Numbered from the stretch's first letter, positions 20,964 through 32,240 are shown. The stretch is 64,000 bases of DNA from an uncultured Pseudomonadota bacterium (GCA_963843375.1 CAWJKT010000003.1:96001-160000); one strand, 5' to 3'. Numbers and translations are program-made. Notes: a model not told the origin generated them from the sequence alone.

Positions 20964-22208
20964 TTGAAACGTGTTGTCATCACTGGTCTGGGAGCCATCA
21001 CTCCCAACGGAAATAATCCAAATGAGTTCTTTAACAATATCTGCGATGGAAAAAGCGGAATTGCGACTTTAACTCGCTTTGATCCTTCGCGTTTGGCTAG
21101 CCGGATCGGGGGCGAAGTAAAAGATTTTGACCCGGTTAAGTTTGGCATTGAGAAAAAAGATGTCAAAAAAATGGATTATTTTGTCCAGTATGGTGTCGCA
21201 GCCAGTCTCCAAGCGGTTGCCGATGCCAAGTTGGATATGACGAAAGAAGATAAAACGCGCGTAGGTGTATTAATAGGTTCTGGAATCGGAGGCTTGCCGG
21301 TTTTGGTAGAACAGCACAGCCGATTGATTGAAAAGGGACCGGACCGCGTTTCGCCCTTCCTCATCCCAATGATGATTATCAACATGGCTTCGGGTATGAC
21401 CTCCATTTATTTGGAAGCTCAGGGACCTAATACGGCAACTGTTTCAGCTTGCGCATCGGGAGCCCACGCTATCGGGGAGGCCGTACGCTGGATTCAAAAA
21501 GGTGACGCCGATGTGGTTGTTGCGGGTGGAGCTGAAGCTTGCATCACCGAACTAGGTTATGCCGGATTCTGCAACATGAATGCTCTTTGTATGGAATTCA
21601 ATGATAACCCCACTAAGGGCAGCCGACCCTTTGACAAAAACCGCTGCGGTTTCGTCATGGGCGAAGGTGCGGGGATCGTCGTATTGGAATCACTTGAACA
21701 CGCTCAGGCTCGTGGAGCAAAAATATATGCTGAGGCTTTGGGATATGGCATGACTTCTGATGCTTATCATATGACCACTCCGGCAGAAAACGGGGAAGGT
21801 GCCGCTCGAGCAATGCAACTGGCACTTAAGGATGCCAAAATAACCCCCGAAGCCGTAGGTTACATTAATGCACATGGGACTTCCACGCCTTATAACGACA
21901 AATTCGAGACTATGGCCATCAAGACAGTTTTCAAAGAACATGCAAAAAAATTAGCCATTTCTTCCACAAAGTCAACGACCGGCCATTTGTTAGGAGCCGC
22001 CGGTGGAATTGAATATGTGGCCTGTATTCTTGCCATTCAAAATGGGGTTCTTCCTCCGACTATAAACCAAGAAGTATCGGATCCCGATTGCGATTTAGAC
22101 TATATTCCTAATCAAAAAAGGTTTACTCCTGTAAGTGTTTGCCTTTCCAACTCTTTGGGGTTTGGCGGCCACAATGTCTCTCTCATTGTTCAAAAATTTA
22201 ATTCCTAA
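20964..22208 (+). CDS. fabF: Beta-ketoacyl-ACP synthase II
   Basis: RVVITGLG, SACASG, NAHGTST, GHLLGAAG, GFGGHN. Confidence 0.97.
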   Translation: MKRVVITGLGAITPNGNNPNEFFNNICDGKSGIATLTRFDPSRLASRIGGEVKDFDPVKFGIEKKDVKKMDYFVQYGVAASLQAVADAKLDMTKEDKTRVGVLIGSGIGGLPVLVEQHSRLIEKGPDRVSPFLIPMMIINMASGMTSIYLEAQGPNTATVSACASGAHAIGEAVRWIQKGDADVVVAGGAEACITELGYAGFCNMNALCMEFNDNPTKGSRPFDKNRCGFVMGEGAGIVVLESLEHAQARGAKIYAEALGYGMTSDAYHMTTPAENGEGAARAMQLALKDAKITPEAVGYINAHGTSTPYNDKFETMAIKTVFKEHAKKLAISSTKSTTGHLLGAAGGIEYVACILAIQNGVLPPTINQEVSDPDCDLDYIPNQKRFTPVSVCLSNSLGFGGHNVSLIVQKFNS

Positions 22209-22977
22209 AAAGCAGAAAACCTCCTCCAAGGCCGTCATCGACCTCGATTCGGAACGCTTGGGTCAACTGAAACGGTTCGCGAAATCCCTTCACATACCGA
22301 TGGGTGATGGACAGTTTTTAAACGAGGCCCTAACTCATAAATCCTACGCTCATGAAAGGAAAATGACTTCCAGTTACAACAATGAAAAATTAGAATTTCT
22401 TGGAGATTCGGTGTTGGGTCTCGTCATAAGCCAGCATGTTTTTGAAACCTACCCTGGGGTCACTGAAGGGGGCCTATCAAAAGTTAAGAGCGTGGTGGTC
22501 AGCGCCCAGGTTTTAAGCGAAAAAGCTAAAGATCTGAAACTCGGTGAGTTTATCCTTCTCGGGAAGGGTGAGGAAAAGTCCGGTGGCCGCACCCGTCCTG
22601 CGCTTCTTGCGGACGCATTAGAGGCGGTAATTGGAGCGGTTTATTTGGTCGGAGGGCTAACGGCGGCGATGAAACTTGTTCTAAGTTTCTTGCGGGAAGA
22701 TGTCGATAATGTTTTTTCGGGAAGGATCGAAACGGATTATAAGACTTTGCTTCAAGAGTATTTCCAAAAAACTCAGAAATTGGCCCCCCGATACGATATC
22801 GTGAGGGAATGGGGTCCCGACCATAATCGCAATTTTGAGGCGGCATGCCAGATACAGGGGAAGATTCTCTCGACGGGAGTGGGGAAGAATAAAAAAGAAG
22901 CCGAACAAATTGCGGCCCAAACGGCCATTCAAAAACTCCACATTCACGTTTCGACACCGAGTGACCATAAAATCTAA
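22174..22977 (+). CDS. rnc: Ribonuclease III
   Basis: ALTHKS, NEKLEFLGDSVL, ADALEAVIGA, C-terminal dsRBD; start uncertain, overlaps fabF. Confidence 0.95.
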   Translation: MSLSLFKNLIPKKQKTSSKAVIDLDSERLGQLKRFAKSLHIPMGDGQFLNEALTHKSYAHERKMTSSYNNEKLEFLGDSVLGLVISQHVFETYPGVTEGGLSKVKSVVVSAQVLSEKAKDLKLGEFILLGKGEEKSGGRTRPALLADALEAVIGAVYLVGGLTAAMKLVLSFLREDVDNVFSGRIETDYKTLLQEYFQKTQKLAPRYDIVREWGPDHNRNFEAACQIQGKILSTGVGKNKKEAEQIAAQTAIQKLHIHVSTPSDHKI

Positions 22978-22991
22978 GATGGGAGAGTTTT

Positions 22992-23249
22992 ATGTCAAAG
23001 GGAGCGGGAGCCACTCTTTTGATAATCCTAATAGGCGGAATCTTGGGAGGTTATTTAGGCGAGCTTTTAGGACTATTAATTCCAACGGGATTTATCCATG
23101 ACATTTTCATCAGGGGTTTCACTTTGGGTTTTGATGCCCCATTGATCTTTAATCTGCGGATTATAGTGCTCACATTTGGAGTGAAAATATTTGTTAATCT
23201 ATTAGGCGTGCTTGGCATGATCTGTGGTCTTTATTATTCATCTAAATAG
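22992..23249 (+). CDS. Small membrane protein, DUF4321-like
   Basis: Two hydrophobic segments around LIFNLRIIVLTFG; precedes maf. Confidence 0.65.
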   Translation: MSKGAGATLLIILIGGILGGYLGELLGLLIPTGFIHDIFIRGFTLGFDAPLIFNLRIIVLTFGVKIFVNLLGVLGMICGLYYSSK

Positions 23250-23258
23250 TTCCCCTTA

Positions 23259-23834
23259 ATGAAATATCTTCTTTTAGCCTCTCAATCACCCCGTCGGCGA
23301 AAAATCCTCAACTTTGCTGGCATTTCCTTTAAAGTTGTCAAACCGGTAAATATTGTGGAAAAAAGAAAAAGGGGGGAAGGGCCCAAGCTTTTGGTTCGCC
23401 GTCTTGCGCTTGAAAAAGCCACGGAGGTTTCAAAACGCTTTCCAACCGCGTGGGTTTTAGGTGCTGATACGATGGTCGTTTGTGGAAAGAATATTTTTGG
23501 GAAACCCAGGAATCGGCATGAAGCGGGAAAAATGCTCAGGCGGCTCCAAGGACGGTCCCATACCGTTTGGACGGGCACGGCTCTGGTTGGTTTTAGTGGC
23601 AATTGGATAAAAAGTTATTCGGAAAAAACAAAAGTATTTTTTAGGAAATTAAAAAAGATGGAGTTTGAAAGTTATTTGAATTCCAAAGAACCTTATGATA
23701 AAGCCGGTGCTTATGATATCCAAGGAACCGCAAGGGCTTGGGTTCGTAAATGGGATGGAGATTATTTCAACGTCATGGGACTACCCCTCCAATGGGTAGT
23801 CCGAGAAATAAATGGTCTTAAAGACGTCGACTAA
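23259..23834 (+). CDS. maf: Maf family nucleoside triphosphate pyrophosphatase
   Basis: LASQSPRR, GADT, GKP, DKAGAY, NVMGLP. Confidence 0.93.
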   Translation: MKYLLLASQSPRRRKILNFAGISFKVVKPVNIVEKRKRGEGPKLLVRRLALEKATEVSKRFPTAWVLGADTMVVCGKNIFGKPRNRHEAGKMLRRLQGRSHTVWTGTALVGFSGNWIKSYSEKTKVFFRKLKKMEFESYLNSKEPYDKAGAYDIQGTARAWVRKWDGDYFNVMGLPLQWVVREINGLKDVD

Positions 23835-25300
23835 CTGTTTAGAAATGTTTTAACATTCATTGTTTTTCGCTGAGCGCTCAAGAAGTCTTGAAGCCAATCT
23901 TCCTGACGCTGATTTATCAAACGCTGCTGTAATTGGGCGCGCTCCTGATCGGTCATCGCTGAGGCGGATTTACCATCCTTTGAGTCAATAATTTGAAAAA
24001 AGTATTCTTTTCTATCGATGGGAACAGGGCCCTTCCAGTCCTGAACGTAAAGGCTGGCCAGTTCCTCCGCGGTTCCTTTGGAGTTTTTAAGGCCTTTTAT
24101 ATCGGATTGTCGGTTGAACCAATCGGTTGTTGAGGCTTTTAAACCCAATTCATTTGCGGCTTTTTCCAAGGGTTCCTTTGCTTTCAACTTTTCGACTAAT
24201 TCCGTAGAAAGAGATAGGATTTTCTCGGCGGCCTTTTCTTTCTGGTATTGAATTAAAACCTTGGAACGAACCTCCGCGAAGGTGCTTTTATAGGCTTTTT
24301 CAGAATCCTCAAGTTGGGCAATATCATAACCATTTCCTAACTTAACAGGTTTGCTGATTTCCCCTTTCTTTAAACTGAAAAAAACATCTTCTAATTCTTT
24401 TGCGTCCTTTAATGTTCCACGTTCGATCCAACCAAATTCGCCACCTTTATTTTTGGTGCTATCGTCCTGCGAATATTTTTTGGCTAAATCCTCAAATTTT
24501 GATTTTCCTGAAAGGATTTGTTGCCGATAGCCTTCAAGAATTTTTTGGGAATCTTCTAATTCTTGAGTGGCATTGGCTTGAGATGCGAGATAAATGTGTC
24601 GAATTTTTACTCGCTCAGGGTGATCGAATTGGCCGCGAATTCTCTCGTAATAGTCCTTTAAGTCTTCCTCTTTAATCGGCACATTTTTTTCAAAAGAAGC
24701 TTCATCCATGAATAAATATGCAGCTTTAAGATCCCGATTCATTAATTCCATATAGTGATTTATTTCATCATTGGTATACAAGACGCCATCTAATAACGTG
24801 GAACGGACCCGCTGCATTAAAATCTGCTTCCGCTCAGAACTTTCGTATTCCTCGACCGTTATTTGGTGGTCTGCTAGGATTTTGTAATAAGCTTCTTTGT
24901 CGAAATTGCCGTTTTTGTCTTGAAAATAGTTTTGATGGCGAATAGTTCCCGCCAATTCTTCATCTGAGACACTAAGGCCCAACTTTTGGGCGGTTTGTTC
25001 TAATACCACATCATCAATTAAATTATCCAAAACATCTTCTTGAAGATGTTTTGTTTCTTCAGCCGTTGGACCCTCTTCTTTTGCGGCGTAAAGCTTGTCT
25101 AATACCGGTTGGTAAGCTTTATTAAAATCCGCACGGGTCACGCCACCATCTCCAACCTGTGCAGCGTAAATATTGGAGTCCACCTTGTTTGTAGTAGTGT
25201 ATTTCATTCCAAATACAAAAAATATGCTTCCAACAAAGGCGACCACCAACATCCATAAGATTACATGCATGGTTCTTTTGTCCCGCAACGCACGCATCAT
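23831..25300 (-). CDS. PpiD/SurA-like membrane-anchored peptidyl-prolyl isomerase chaperone
   Basis: N-terminal TM, SurA_N-like helical region, parvulin motifs RHIYL and FEDLAKKYSQD..KGGEFGW. Confidence 0.85.
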   Translation of the reverse strand: MMRALRDKRTMHVILWMLVVAFVGSIFFVFGMKYTTTNKVDSNIYAAQVGDGGVTRADFNKAYQPVLDKLYAAKEEGPTAEETKHLQEDVLDNLIDDVVLEQTAQKLGLSVSDEELAGTIRHQNYFQDKNGNFDKEAYYKILADHQITVEEYESSERKQILMQRVRSTLLDGVLYTNDEINHYMELMNRDLKAAYLFMDEASFEKNVPIKEEDLKDYYERIRGQFDHPERVKIRHIYLASQANATQELEDSQKILEGYRQQILSGKSKFEDLAKKYSQDDSTKNKGGEFGWIERGTLKDAKELEDVFFSLKKGEISKPVKLGNGYDIAQLEDSEKAYKSTFAEVRSKVLIQYQKEKAAEKILSLSTELVEKLKAKEPLEKAANELGLKASTTDWFNRQSDIKGLKNSKGTAEELASLYVQDWKGPVPIDRKEYFFQIIDSKDGKSASAMTDQERAQLQQRLINQRQEDWLQDFLSAQRKTMNVKTFLNS

Positions 25301-25716
25301 AATGAAACCTCCCGAGCCAAGTAGTGAATGACAAAAACGATTATTTCTGGTTCGAATTAAAACGGCGCATTATAGCAGTAACTTTCAATGGAACAATGGA
25401 TTCTCAACGTCTGGTAAACAACTTATAAAAGTAAGATCATCAAAGTTGTTTTCCCTGGTTGGGTTCAAATATAGCGAACTATGTTAAATCGAGAAAGTCA
25501 TCAAGTGTCCAATTTCGTATCTAAGGTGTTACACTTTCCTCGTGAAAAGCCCTGTTGAAAATAAGCAAAAAGCCCGTCTATACTGCGATTACCATGATTA
25601 CTGGATGGTGCCGTGGTCCATTTTGTTCCCGAACGGAAAGCATCAATTTGTGGAAGACCTACTGGATTTGGATGTACCTAATCACCCCAATTCATAATTC
25701 AAAGGCCAAAGGCACA

Positions 25717-27501
25717 ATGTACAAAGGCGGATTTTTCGTAATACCACTTTTTTTAACGATTTGGCCAACTTTTTTGTTGGCGCAGGATTCGGAAAAAGAG
25801 TCGATTTATATTCGGGCCATTAAAGCTGATCCAACCGATGAAACGGCGCACTATAATCTTGGTGTTTGTTATCTGAAAGAGAAAAAGTTCGATCTTGCAG
25901 TTTCAGAATTTCAAAAATCCGTTCAACTGAATTCTTCGGATAAATCGGCCAAGGTGCTTCTTGAAATTTGCGAAGGCAAGGTGGCCCAATCCAATGGAAA
26001 CTATTCTTCCGCAATCACTCACTTTCAAAATGTCATAAAAATAGATCCTGAAAATCCTGATGCAAAACGTTTACTGAACATTTGTAATGCCAAAGTATTT
26101 ATTAATGAAAAAAATTATCCGGCGGCAGTAACTACTTTGAACCAAATGATTGAAGCCGATTCTCGGGATTTTTGGGCCTATCAGACTCTTGGCGTAATTT
26201 ACTTTCAACAGAAAGAGTATAAAAAAGTGGTTGAGTATCTAAGTCAATCAATAAAAATACGAGGAGATTCCGAGGTTTATAAAATTCTTGGTTATTCTTT
26301 TTATCAATTGGGAGATTTTGATAATGCAATTGAAAACTATAAAAAGTCTATTGCTTTTGATTTGGCGAAAGACCCGAAGGATGTCGAAGAAAATTCATTA
26401 GAAGATACCTACTATAATTTAGGGGTTGCTTATAACGATAACGCTTCATATGACGATGCTGCGGTCGAATTCTCGAATGCCTTCAAAATTAATCCTAAAG
26501 ACTCGAATGCCGCGGTTGCCCGGGATTCTGCAGTTGATTCTGCAGTCAACGCTCACATGCAGAAGGCAAGCAACTTTCTACTGAACAACCAATATTCTGC
26601 CGCTATTTCTGAATGGCAAAAAGTTTTGAAATATCAATCCGATAATGCGAAAGCCCAAAATTTTATCGCCGATGCACAAAGGAAATTGGATACGGAAGTT
26701 GAAAAACATTACATGGCGGGTAAATCCGCGTATAAAACCGGGAATTCGGTATTGGCTCTAACTGAATGGAACCAAGCGCTCAAAATGGATCCGAATGTCG
26801 ATAAAGTCTTAAATGCGGTTAGGAACATAAAGGTCAAAAACACGGAACGGGTCAAAGCTTTTTTAGCGGAGGGCGATGAGTTTTATGAGGCTAAAAATTA
26901 TTCTGATGCCTATAGCAGTTACCTAAAGGCGAGTAAGATTAATCCGCATAGTTCTGAGGTGAAATCCCATTTGGAGAAATTGAAAAATAACCAAGTGAAG
27001 GATACGGATGAGGTTTTTAAAAAGGGATTGAATTATTATTTGAAAAACGATTTATTGAACGCAAAAAGATATTTTTTAGAGGCCCAAGAACTTAATCCCA
27101 AAGACTCTCGAATTGGGGGAAATTTATTTAAAGTTCAAAAAGACATCAGCAACAAAGTCAAAGATTTAGATTCGGAAGGCGTTTCGCTTTTTGAGGGTGG
27201 GGATAAGGAAAACTCCAAATCGAAATTCGCGGAAGTTCTTCGTTACAATCCCGACGATGAATTGGCGAACGACTATGTTAAGCGAATGACAGGACAACAA
27301 GCGCAGGCGAAAGTAGATGCCGAAAAGGTTAAAGAATTGTATTATGATGGGGTTAATCTTTACATTAATGGGAAAATCCATGAAGCTATCGCTCAATGGC
27401 AAGAGTGCTTAAAAGAAGATCCCAATAATGTTAATGCACAAGGCAACATTAATAAGGCGATGGTTAAACTCCAGTCCATTGAGAAACTCAGCCAAAACTA
27501 G
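25717..27501 (+). CDS. Secreted tetratricopeptide-repeat protein
   Basis: Signal peptide MYKGGFFVIPLFL...LLAQD, then many TPRs (AHYNLGVCY, YYNLGVAY); ORF is open from 25555. Confidence 0.85.
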   Translation: MYKGGFFVIPLFLTIWPTFLLAQDSEKESIYIRAIKADPTDETAHYNLGVCYLKEKKFDLAVSEFQKSVQLNSSDKSAKVLLEICEGKVAQSNGNYSSAITHFQNVIKIDPENPDAKRLLNICNAKVFINEKNYPAAVTTLNQMIEADSRDFWAYQTLGVIYFQQKEYKKVVEYLSQSIKIRGDSEVYKILGYSFYQLGDFDNAIENYKKSIAFDLAKDPKDVEENSLEDTYYNLGVAYNDNASYDDAAVEFSNAFKINPKDSNAAVARDSAVDSAVNAHMQKASNFLLNNQYSAAISEWQKVLKYQSDNAKAQNFIADAQRKLDTEVEKHYMAGKSAYKTGNSVLALTEWNQALKMDPNVDKVLNAVRNIKVKNTERVKAFLAEGDEFYEAKNYSDAYSSYLKASKINPHSSEVKSHLEKLKNNQVKDTDEVFKKGLNYYLKNDLLNAKRYFLEAQELNPKDSRIGGNLFKVQKDISNKVKDLDSEGVSLFEGGDKENSKSKFAEVLRYNPDDELANDYVKRMTGQQAQAKVDAEKVKELYYDGVNLYINGKIHEAIAQWQECLKEDPNNVNAQGNINKAMVKLQSIEKLSQN

Positions 27502-27542
27502 AGGTGCCTTTTCTGCCGGTAATATTTGCCAATCAGGTAATA

Positions 27543-27619
<77 letters not shown>

Positions 27620-27637
27620 TTTTGATCAAAAAATTCT

Positions 27638-29188
27638 ATGAATAAAATTTTACTAATTAAAGGACTAACTGTTATTTGCGGTATAGTTTTATTTAATAAA
27701 CCTGAGTTGGTCTTTGCGCAAGTAACAGTCGACGATTCTAGGCCCTTTAGCCAAGGTGAGGTGATTGACCTACCTGGCACAACCGATTATCGGGGGGATA
27801 TACCCCATGAAATCACAATTATTACCAACCCCTTTCCATATCAATCGATCGCCGGAATATCTGCTACGCAAGTCGGATGGATGAGTGTGGGTAGTATGTT
27901 TCCTACATCTTCAAATGCGACCGGGATTGGTATTTTATTTGACGATATCCCTTACCCTTTTGCATCAACAGCGATTTTAAATTGGATGCCGCCAATTGGA
28001 TCGTTTGAATTGTTGAATCTTCCGGTTGGAGCTTGGTGGGGTCCTGGTTCTTCCGTGGGCGCTGTTCAATTTCAAGTTCCGGAGTGGAGCGAAAAGCCGG
28101 AAAATTTTGGTTCCGTTTGGGGTGGTAGCGGAGGGATTTTAGGTGGAATGGGACAATATCAAAATGATAATTTGTCCGTCAGCGCCAATTATCAACATGA
28201 TGTTTTGACCGATTCCAATTCCGCTGACGTTTTTAGTACCTTGTCAAAAATAAATTGGATTGAGAATGACTCGTTTAAACTGGAAAGCGGCTTTTTGGGA
28301 ACCCAAGGGCTTTCTAATGACTCCTGGTACTCTTTTTTCACTTCGATCAAGTTAGAGGGTTCAAATTTCCAGTCCCTTCAAATCAAACCTTTTTTTCAAT
28401 CGGCCCAACTAGGGGGACAAAATGTACAGGAAATCGGCGGCCATATTCTATATCAATTTGATATGGGAGGATTGTTTGAAAGCCATTTAGTGGCAGGTTG
28501 GAGCCGTGATTATTTTGATTCATTATCGAGTTCGGAAGATTTAAGTCAGAAATTTATTCAGAATACAGAAACATTTGATGCGTTAGGCTTTATCAGCGGT
28601 GACCTAGCCTTTCGCTGGGATTTTTCAAGTGATACGGAAACCATTTTCAGTACTTTATTGGGGATGCAAGGGAGTTTGGGTGATTGGTTTCTTTTGGGGG
28701 ACTATTCAAAAGGGACGGATTCAATTTCCTTGGAGGATGTCCAACAAGTTGATTTTGGTGTCCGCTTTCAACCAAACGATTTTTGGAATCTAAGTTGCAA
28801 ATATATTCATGAGCAGATCGGGACGACGGAATTTGACGGAGGAAGGGTTAAATTGCAATTGGATCATTATTCCCGATTTTTAATGGTGTTCAATAAAACC
28901 AGGCTTGAATTAACAGAACAATCACTTCAAGAACAATGGGGCGCTTTAACAAATGATATTGGGGGAAAATTACAATTCAGTCTTTTTCAACAAGATAACT
29001 TTTGGTTTCAAGGTCGAGGCGTATCGAACCAGCCGTTTTATAGCGAGGTGGGGGTAGATTATATGCTAAATAATTGTTTTAAAATTTTCGTCTCCGTTGC
29101 CAATTTGGACAATTTACAGGTATCGTGGCCAGACCCGAACTCGTCGGAAGGTCGTGTTTTTTGGTTAGGAATTGAAATCAAAAGCTGA
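27638..29188 (+). CDS. Putative outer-membrane beta-barrel, TonB-dependent-receptor-like
   Basis: Signal peptide; plug-like GAWWGPGSSVGAVQF; amphipathic strands; C-terminal VANLDN...GRVFWLGIEI. Confidence 0.5.
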   Translation: MNKILLIKGLTVICGIVLFNKPELVFAQVTVDDSRPFSQGEVIDLPGTTDYRGDIPHEITIITNPFPYQSIAGISATQVGWMSVGSMFPTSSNATGIGILFDDIPYPFASTAILNWMPPIGSFELLNLPVGAWWGPGSSVGAVQFQVPEWSEKPENFGSVWGGSGGILGGMGQYQNDNLSVSANYQHDVLTDSNSADVFSTLSKINWIENDSFKLESGFLGTQGLSNDSWYSFFTSIKLEGSNFQSLQIKPFFQSAQLGGQNVQEIGGHILYQFDMGGLFESHLVAGWSRDYFDSLSSSEDLSQKFIQNTETFDALGFISGDLAFRWDFSSDTETIFSTLLGMQGSLGDWFLLGDYSKGTDSISLEDVQQVDFGVRFQPNDFWNLSCKYIHEQIGTTEFDGGRVKLQLDHYSRFLMVFNKTRLELTEQSLQEQWGALTNDIGGKLQFSLFQQDNFWFQGRGVSNQPFYSEVGVDYMLNNCFKIFVSVANLDNLQVSWPDPNSSEGRVFWLGIEIKS

Positions 29189-29239
29189 AAAACCACGGTA
29201 TTCTTGACCACCTGTGGTAGAAGGTGTTAGCTTGAGGCA

Positions 29240-30166
29240 ATGAAAATTTTTTTTTTCATCTTTCTGGCCCTATTTCCCGCATTAATTAACCGTGCTTGGG
29301 CGCAAGACCCGGGAACAACGGGCGCAGATCTTTTGAAAATTCCTATCGGTGTCCGGCCCACCGCCCTTGGCGGAACTTATTCCGCTATTGGTGATGATGT
29401 CTACGTTATTGGATTTAATCCCGCTGGGCTTGCCCGGGTTTCAAAGTACAGTTTGGGAATTGATCATATCCAGGGGATTGCTGATGTCCAGATAGAATCC
29501 CTCAGCGTCGCTGTTCCGACTAAAAATTATGGAAACTTTGGAATGCAGCTCATCTATCTACACATGCCGGATATTAATAACACACTTGCGACTGATCCTA
29601 TTGTAACCGCCGATGATTTTGTGGTGACCTTTGCAGACGCCCAACAATTTGGAAAAGTTGCAGTGGGCGGGGCATTTAAAACAATTGTTTCGACCTTAGG
29701 CGATAAACAGGCATTCACTCAAGCGGTTGACCTTGGATTTAAGATTCAGCTTTTGGAAACTGATTTTGCGGCAGTAATTCAAAATGTTGGTCCGGCTGTT
29801 CAATTTCAACCTGATCCTCAGGGTCAAGATCCTTTGCCGTTAACTGTTCGTTTGGCGGTCGCCCGTCCGCTGATTGTTTCGCCATCTTCAACACTCCTTG
29901 CAAGTGCGGAAGCTTTTAATATTCGGGATGAGGGAAACCAGGCATCGGTAGGGGCTGAATATTGGCATCGAAGTATTCTTGCGATCCGAGCCGGATACCG
30001 CTTTAGCGAACAAGACAATCTGGGCGGGGGTTTTTCGGCGGGTGCCGCCATTCGTTATAACTTGGGTAAACTTGAATATGAACTTGGATATGCCTGGCGT
30101 CCGGCCCAAGTAAGCTCAAGTTTTATTACCAGTTCCAATATATTTGGCCTTCTTTTGTGGTATTGA
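29240..30166 (+). CDS. PorV/PorQ-family (FadL-like) outer-membrane barrel
   Basis: LLKIPIGVRPTALGGTYSAIGDD...FNPAGLA N-terminal signature; GAEYW, RAGY; aromatic C-terminus. Confidence 0.75.
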   Translation: MKIFFFIFLALFPALINRAWAQDPGTTGADLLKIPIGVRPTALGGTYSAIGDDVYVIGFNPAGLARVSKYSLGIDHIQGIADVQIESLSVAVPTKNYGNFGMQLIYLHMPDINNTLATDPIVTADDFVVTFADAQQFGKVAVGGAFKTIVSTLGDKQAFTQAVDLGFKIQLLETDFAAVIQNVGPAVQFQPDPQGQDPLPLTVRLAVARPLIVSPSSTLLASAEAFNIRDEGNQASVGAEYWHRSILAIRAGYRFSEQDNLGGGFSAGAAIRYNLGKLEYELGYAWRPAQVSSSFITSSNIFGLLLWY

Positions 30167-30182
30167 TCTTTTTAGACAGAAC

Positions 30183-30211
30183 TTGACAACCCTTTGATGA
30201 GTGAATAAACT
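30183..30211 (+). promoter_or_regulatory. Sigma70-type promoter for rplU-rpmA
   Basis: TTGACA-17 bp-TAAACT. Confidence 0.7.
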
Positions 30212-30257
30212 CTCTGGTCTTTGTCGTTGGTGGTCGGTACTTCTAGGGAGGCTTTTT

Positions 30258-30572
30258 ATGTACGCTGTCATTAAAACGGGTGGAAAACAATACCGTGTCA
30301 CAGAAGGCGATGTTATAACCGTGGATAGGCTTCAAGGGAATCCCGGCGATATAATTGAATTTGATCAAATTGTCATGTTGGAAAATAACGGGCAATTGCG
30401 CATTAAACAAAATGAAGTCAAAAGCACGAAGGTTACTGGAAAGATAGTTGCAAAAACCCAAGGAAAGAAAATCAGGGTTTTTCGTTACCGTCGGCGCAAA
30501 AACACAATGAAAACAAAAGGTTCCAGAGCGAAGTATACGACTGTTTCAATTGAAAAAATTTTAATAGCCTAA
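30258..30572 (+). CDS. rplU: 50S ribosomal protein L21
   Basis: MYAVIKTGGKQYRV; GGAGG RBS. Confidence 0.96.
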   Translation: MYAVIKTGGKQYRVTEGDVITVDRLQGNPGDIIEFDQIVMLENNGQLRIKQNEVKSTKVTGKIVAKTQGKKIRVFRYRRRKNTMKTKGSRAKYTTVSIEKILIA

Positions 30573-30606
30573 GTTAAATTAAGTTTGTTTTCAGGAAGGA
30601 ATAATC

Positions 30607-30867
30607 ATGGGTCAGCATAAAGCGGGTGGTTCAACTAGAAATGGTCGCGATAGCAATAGTCAAAGGCTAGGAATTAAGGCTTTTGGAGGTAATTTTGTTA
30701 CGGCAGGGAGTATTTTGATCCGGCAAAGAGGATTAAGGTATAAGCCTGGCGAAAATGTCGGCGTTGGTAAGGATGATACCCTTTTTGCCAAAATTTCCGG
30801 GTTGGTGAGTTTCCGGGAATTCAAAAAGGGATCAAAAATGATAAATGTAGAACCCAAGCAAGGTTAA
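30607..30867 (+). CDS. rpmA: 50S ribosomal protein L27
   Basis: [32 protein letters not shown]. Confidence 0.97.
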   Translation: MGQHKAGGSTRNGRDSNSQRLGIKAFGGNFVTAGSILIRQRGLRYKPGENVGVGKDDTLFAKISGLVSFREFKKGSKMINVEPKQG

Positions 30868-30879
30868 AACTTGATTGTG

Positions 30880-30911
30880 AAAAAAACCCCGCCCTTGGGC
30901 GGGGTTTTTTT
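30880..30911 (+). terminator. Intrinsic terminator after rpmA
   Basis: AAAAAAACCCCGCC-CTTG-GGCGGGGTTTTTTT. Confidence 0.85.
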
Positions 30912-30942
30912 GTTTACGGGCCTTTTTTGAAAGTAGATATCC

Positions 30943-32240
30943 ATGATCATCGATGAAGTGACAATTACAGTTGAAGCCGGGGCCGGGGGCGATGGTTGCC
31001 TTAGCTTTCGGCGTGAAAAATATGTTCCCCGTGGCGGGACCGGACGGGGGCAACGGCGGTAAAGGCGGGGATATTTTTCTGGAATCTCGGACGGATGTTA
31101 ATACTCTAGTTGATTTTTTGTATCGTCCAATCTACAAAGCGCATCATGGAGGGCACGGGAAGGGAAAAAATCAACACGGAAAAGATGCGGAGGCAATAAC
31201 CATTCGTGTTCCGATAGGTACCTTAGTTTGGAATGAAAATCAGGAATTAGTTGTGGATATGAAGGAAAATGGCATGAAGTTTTTAATAGCTAAAGGAGGA
31301 AGGGGTGGGAGAGGCAATACTACTTTTGCTACCTCAACCCAACAGGCTCCACGGTTGGCTGAAAGAGGTGAACCAGGAGAAATCAAGACTCTTAGGTTGG
31401 AACTTAGGCTTTTAGCGGATGTTGGAATTGTCGGTTTTCCAAACGCCGGGAAATCTACTTTGCTTTCTCGGGTCACCCATGCTCATCCAAAAATCGCGGA
31501 TTATCCTTTTACAACCCTGGAACCGCAATTGGGAGTAGTGAAGTTGTCTGAAAATAGAAGTTTTGTTTTGGCGGATGTTCCGGGGTTAATCGATGGGGCA
31601 AGTCAGGGAAAAGGGCTAGGAGTGCGCTTTTTGCGACATCTTGAACGGACAAAAATTTTATTGCATTTAATCGACCTATCGACATTGGAAAGCTATCCTG
31701 AACTAACAAAAAGAATTAAAACCATTCAAAAAGAACTAAAACAACATAGCGTTAAATTTCAAAAAATACCGCAATTAATTATTTTGACCAAAACGGACTC
31801 AGCCGCTAACAAGGAATTTCCAAAATGGATGAACAGACTTGAAACTAAAAAAATAAAAACTATGTCCGATTTCCGCAGTCACGGGCCAGGGATTGAACCA
31901 ATTGCTTGAGGAGACGTGGTCATTGTTATCAGAAATTAAAAAAAGGAAATCGCCGAAAAAAGTTTAAAGCCTAAGAAAGTGGTCTATGAAACTCAAATCA
32001 GGTTTCAGGTAAAAAAAGATGATAAGCTTTTTATGTGACCGGAACTGAAATAAAAAAATGGGTGGCGATGACGAATTTTGGAAGCGAGATGCCTTAGAGC
32101 GATTTCAGAAAATCATGCAAAGAATGGGAGTGGTTCGAGAGTTGAAAAACCAAGGAGTTTCTGAAGGTGACACGGTGGTTTGCGATGGCCAGGAATTGAC
32201 TTTCAGATCTGAAGAATTGGGCGTTGAAAATGACTTTTGA
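30943..32240 (+). CDS. obgE: GTPase ObgE/CgtA with C-terminal OCT (DUF1967) domain; several frameshifts
   Basis: [29 protein letters not shown] from 30943 with an extra G near 31037; [20 protein letters not shown]-terminal fragment 32058..32240. Confidence 0.93.
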
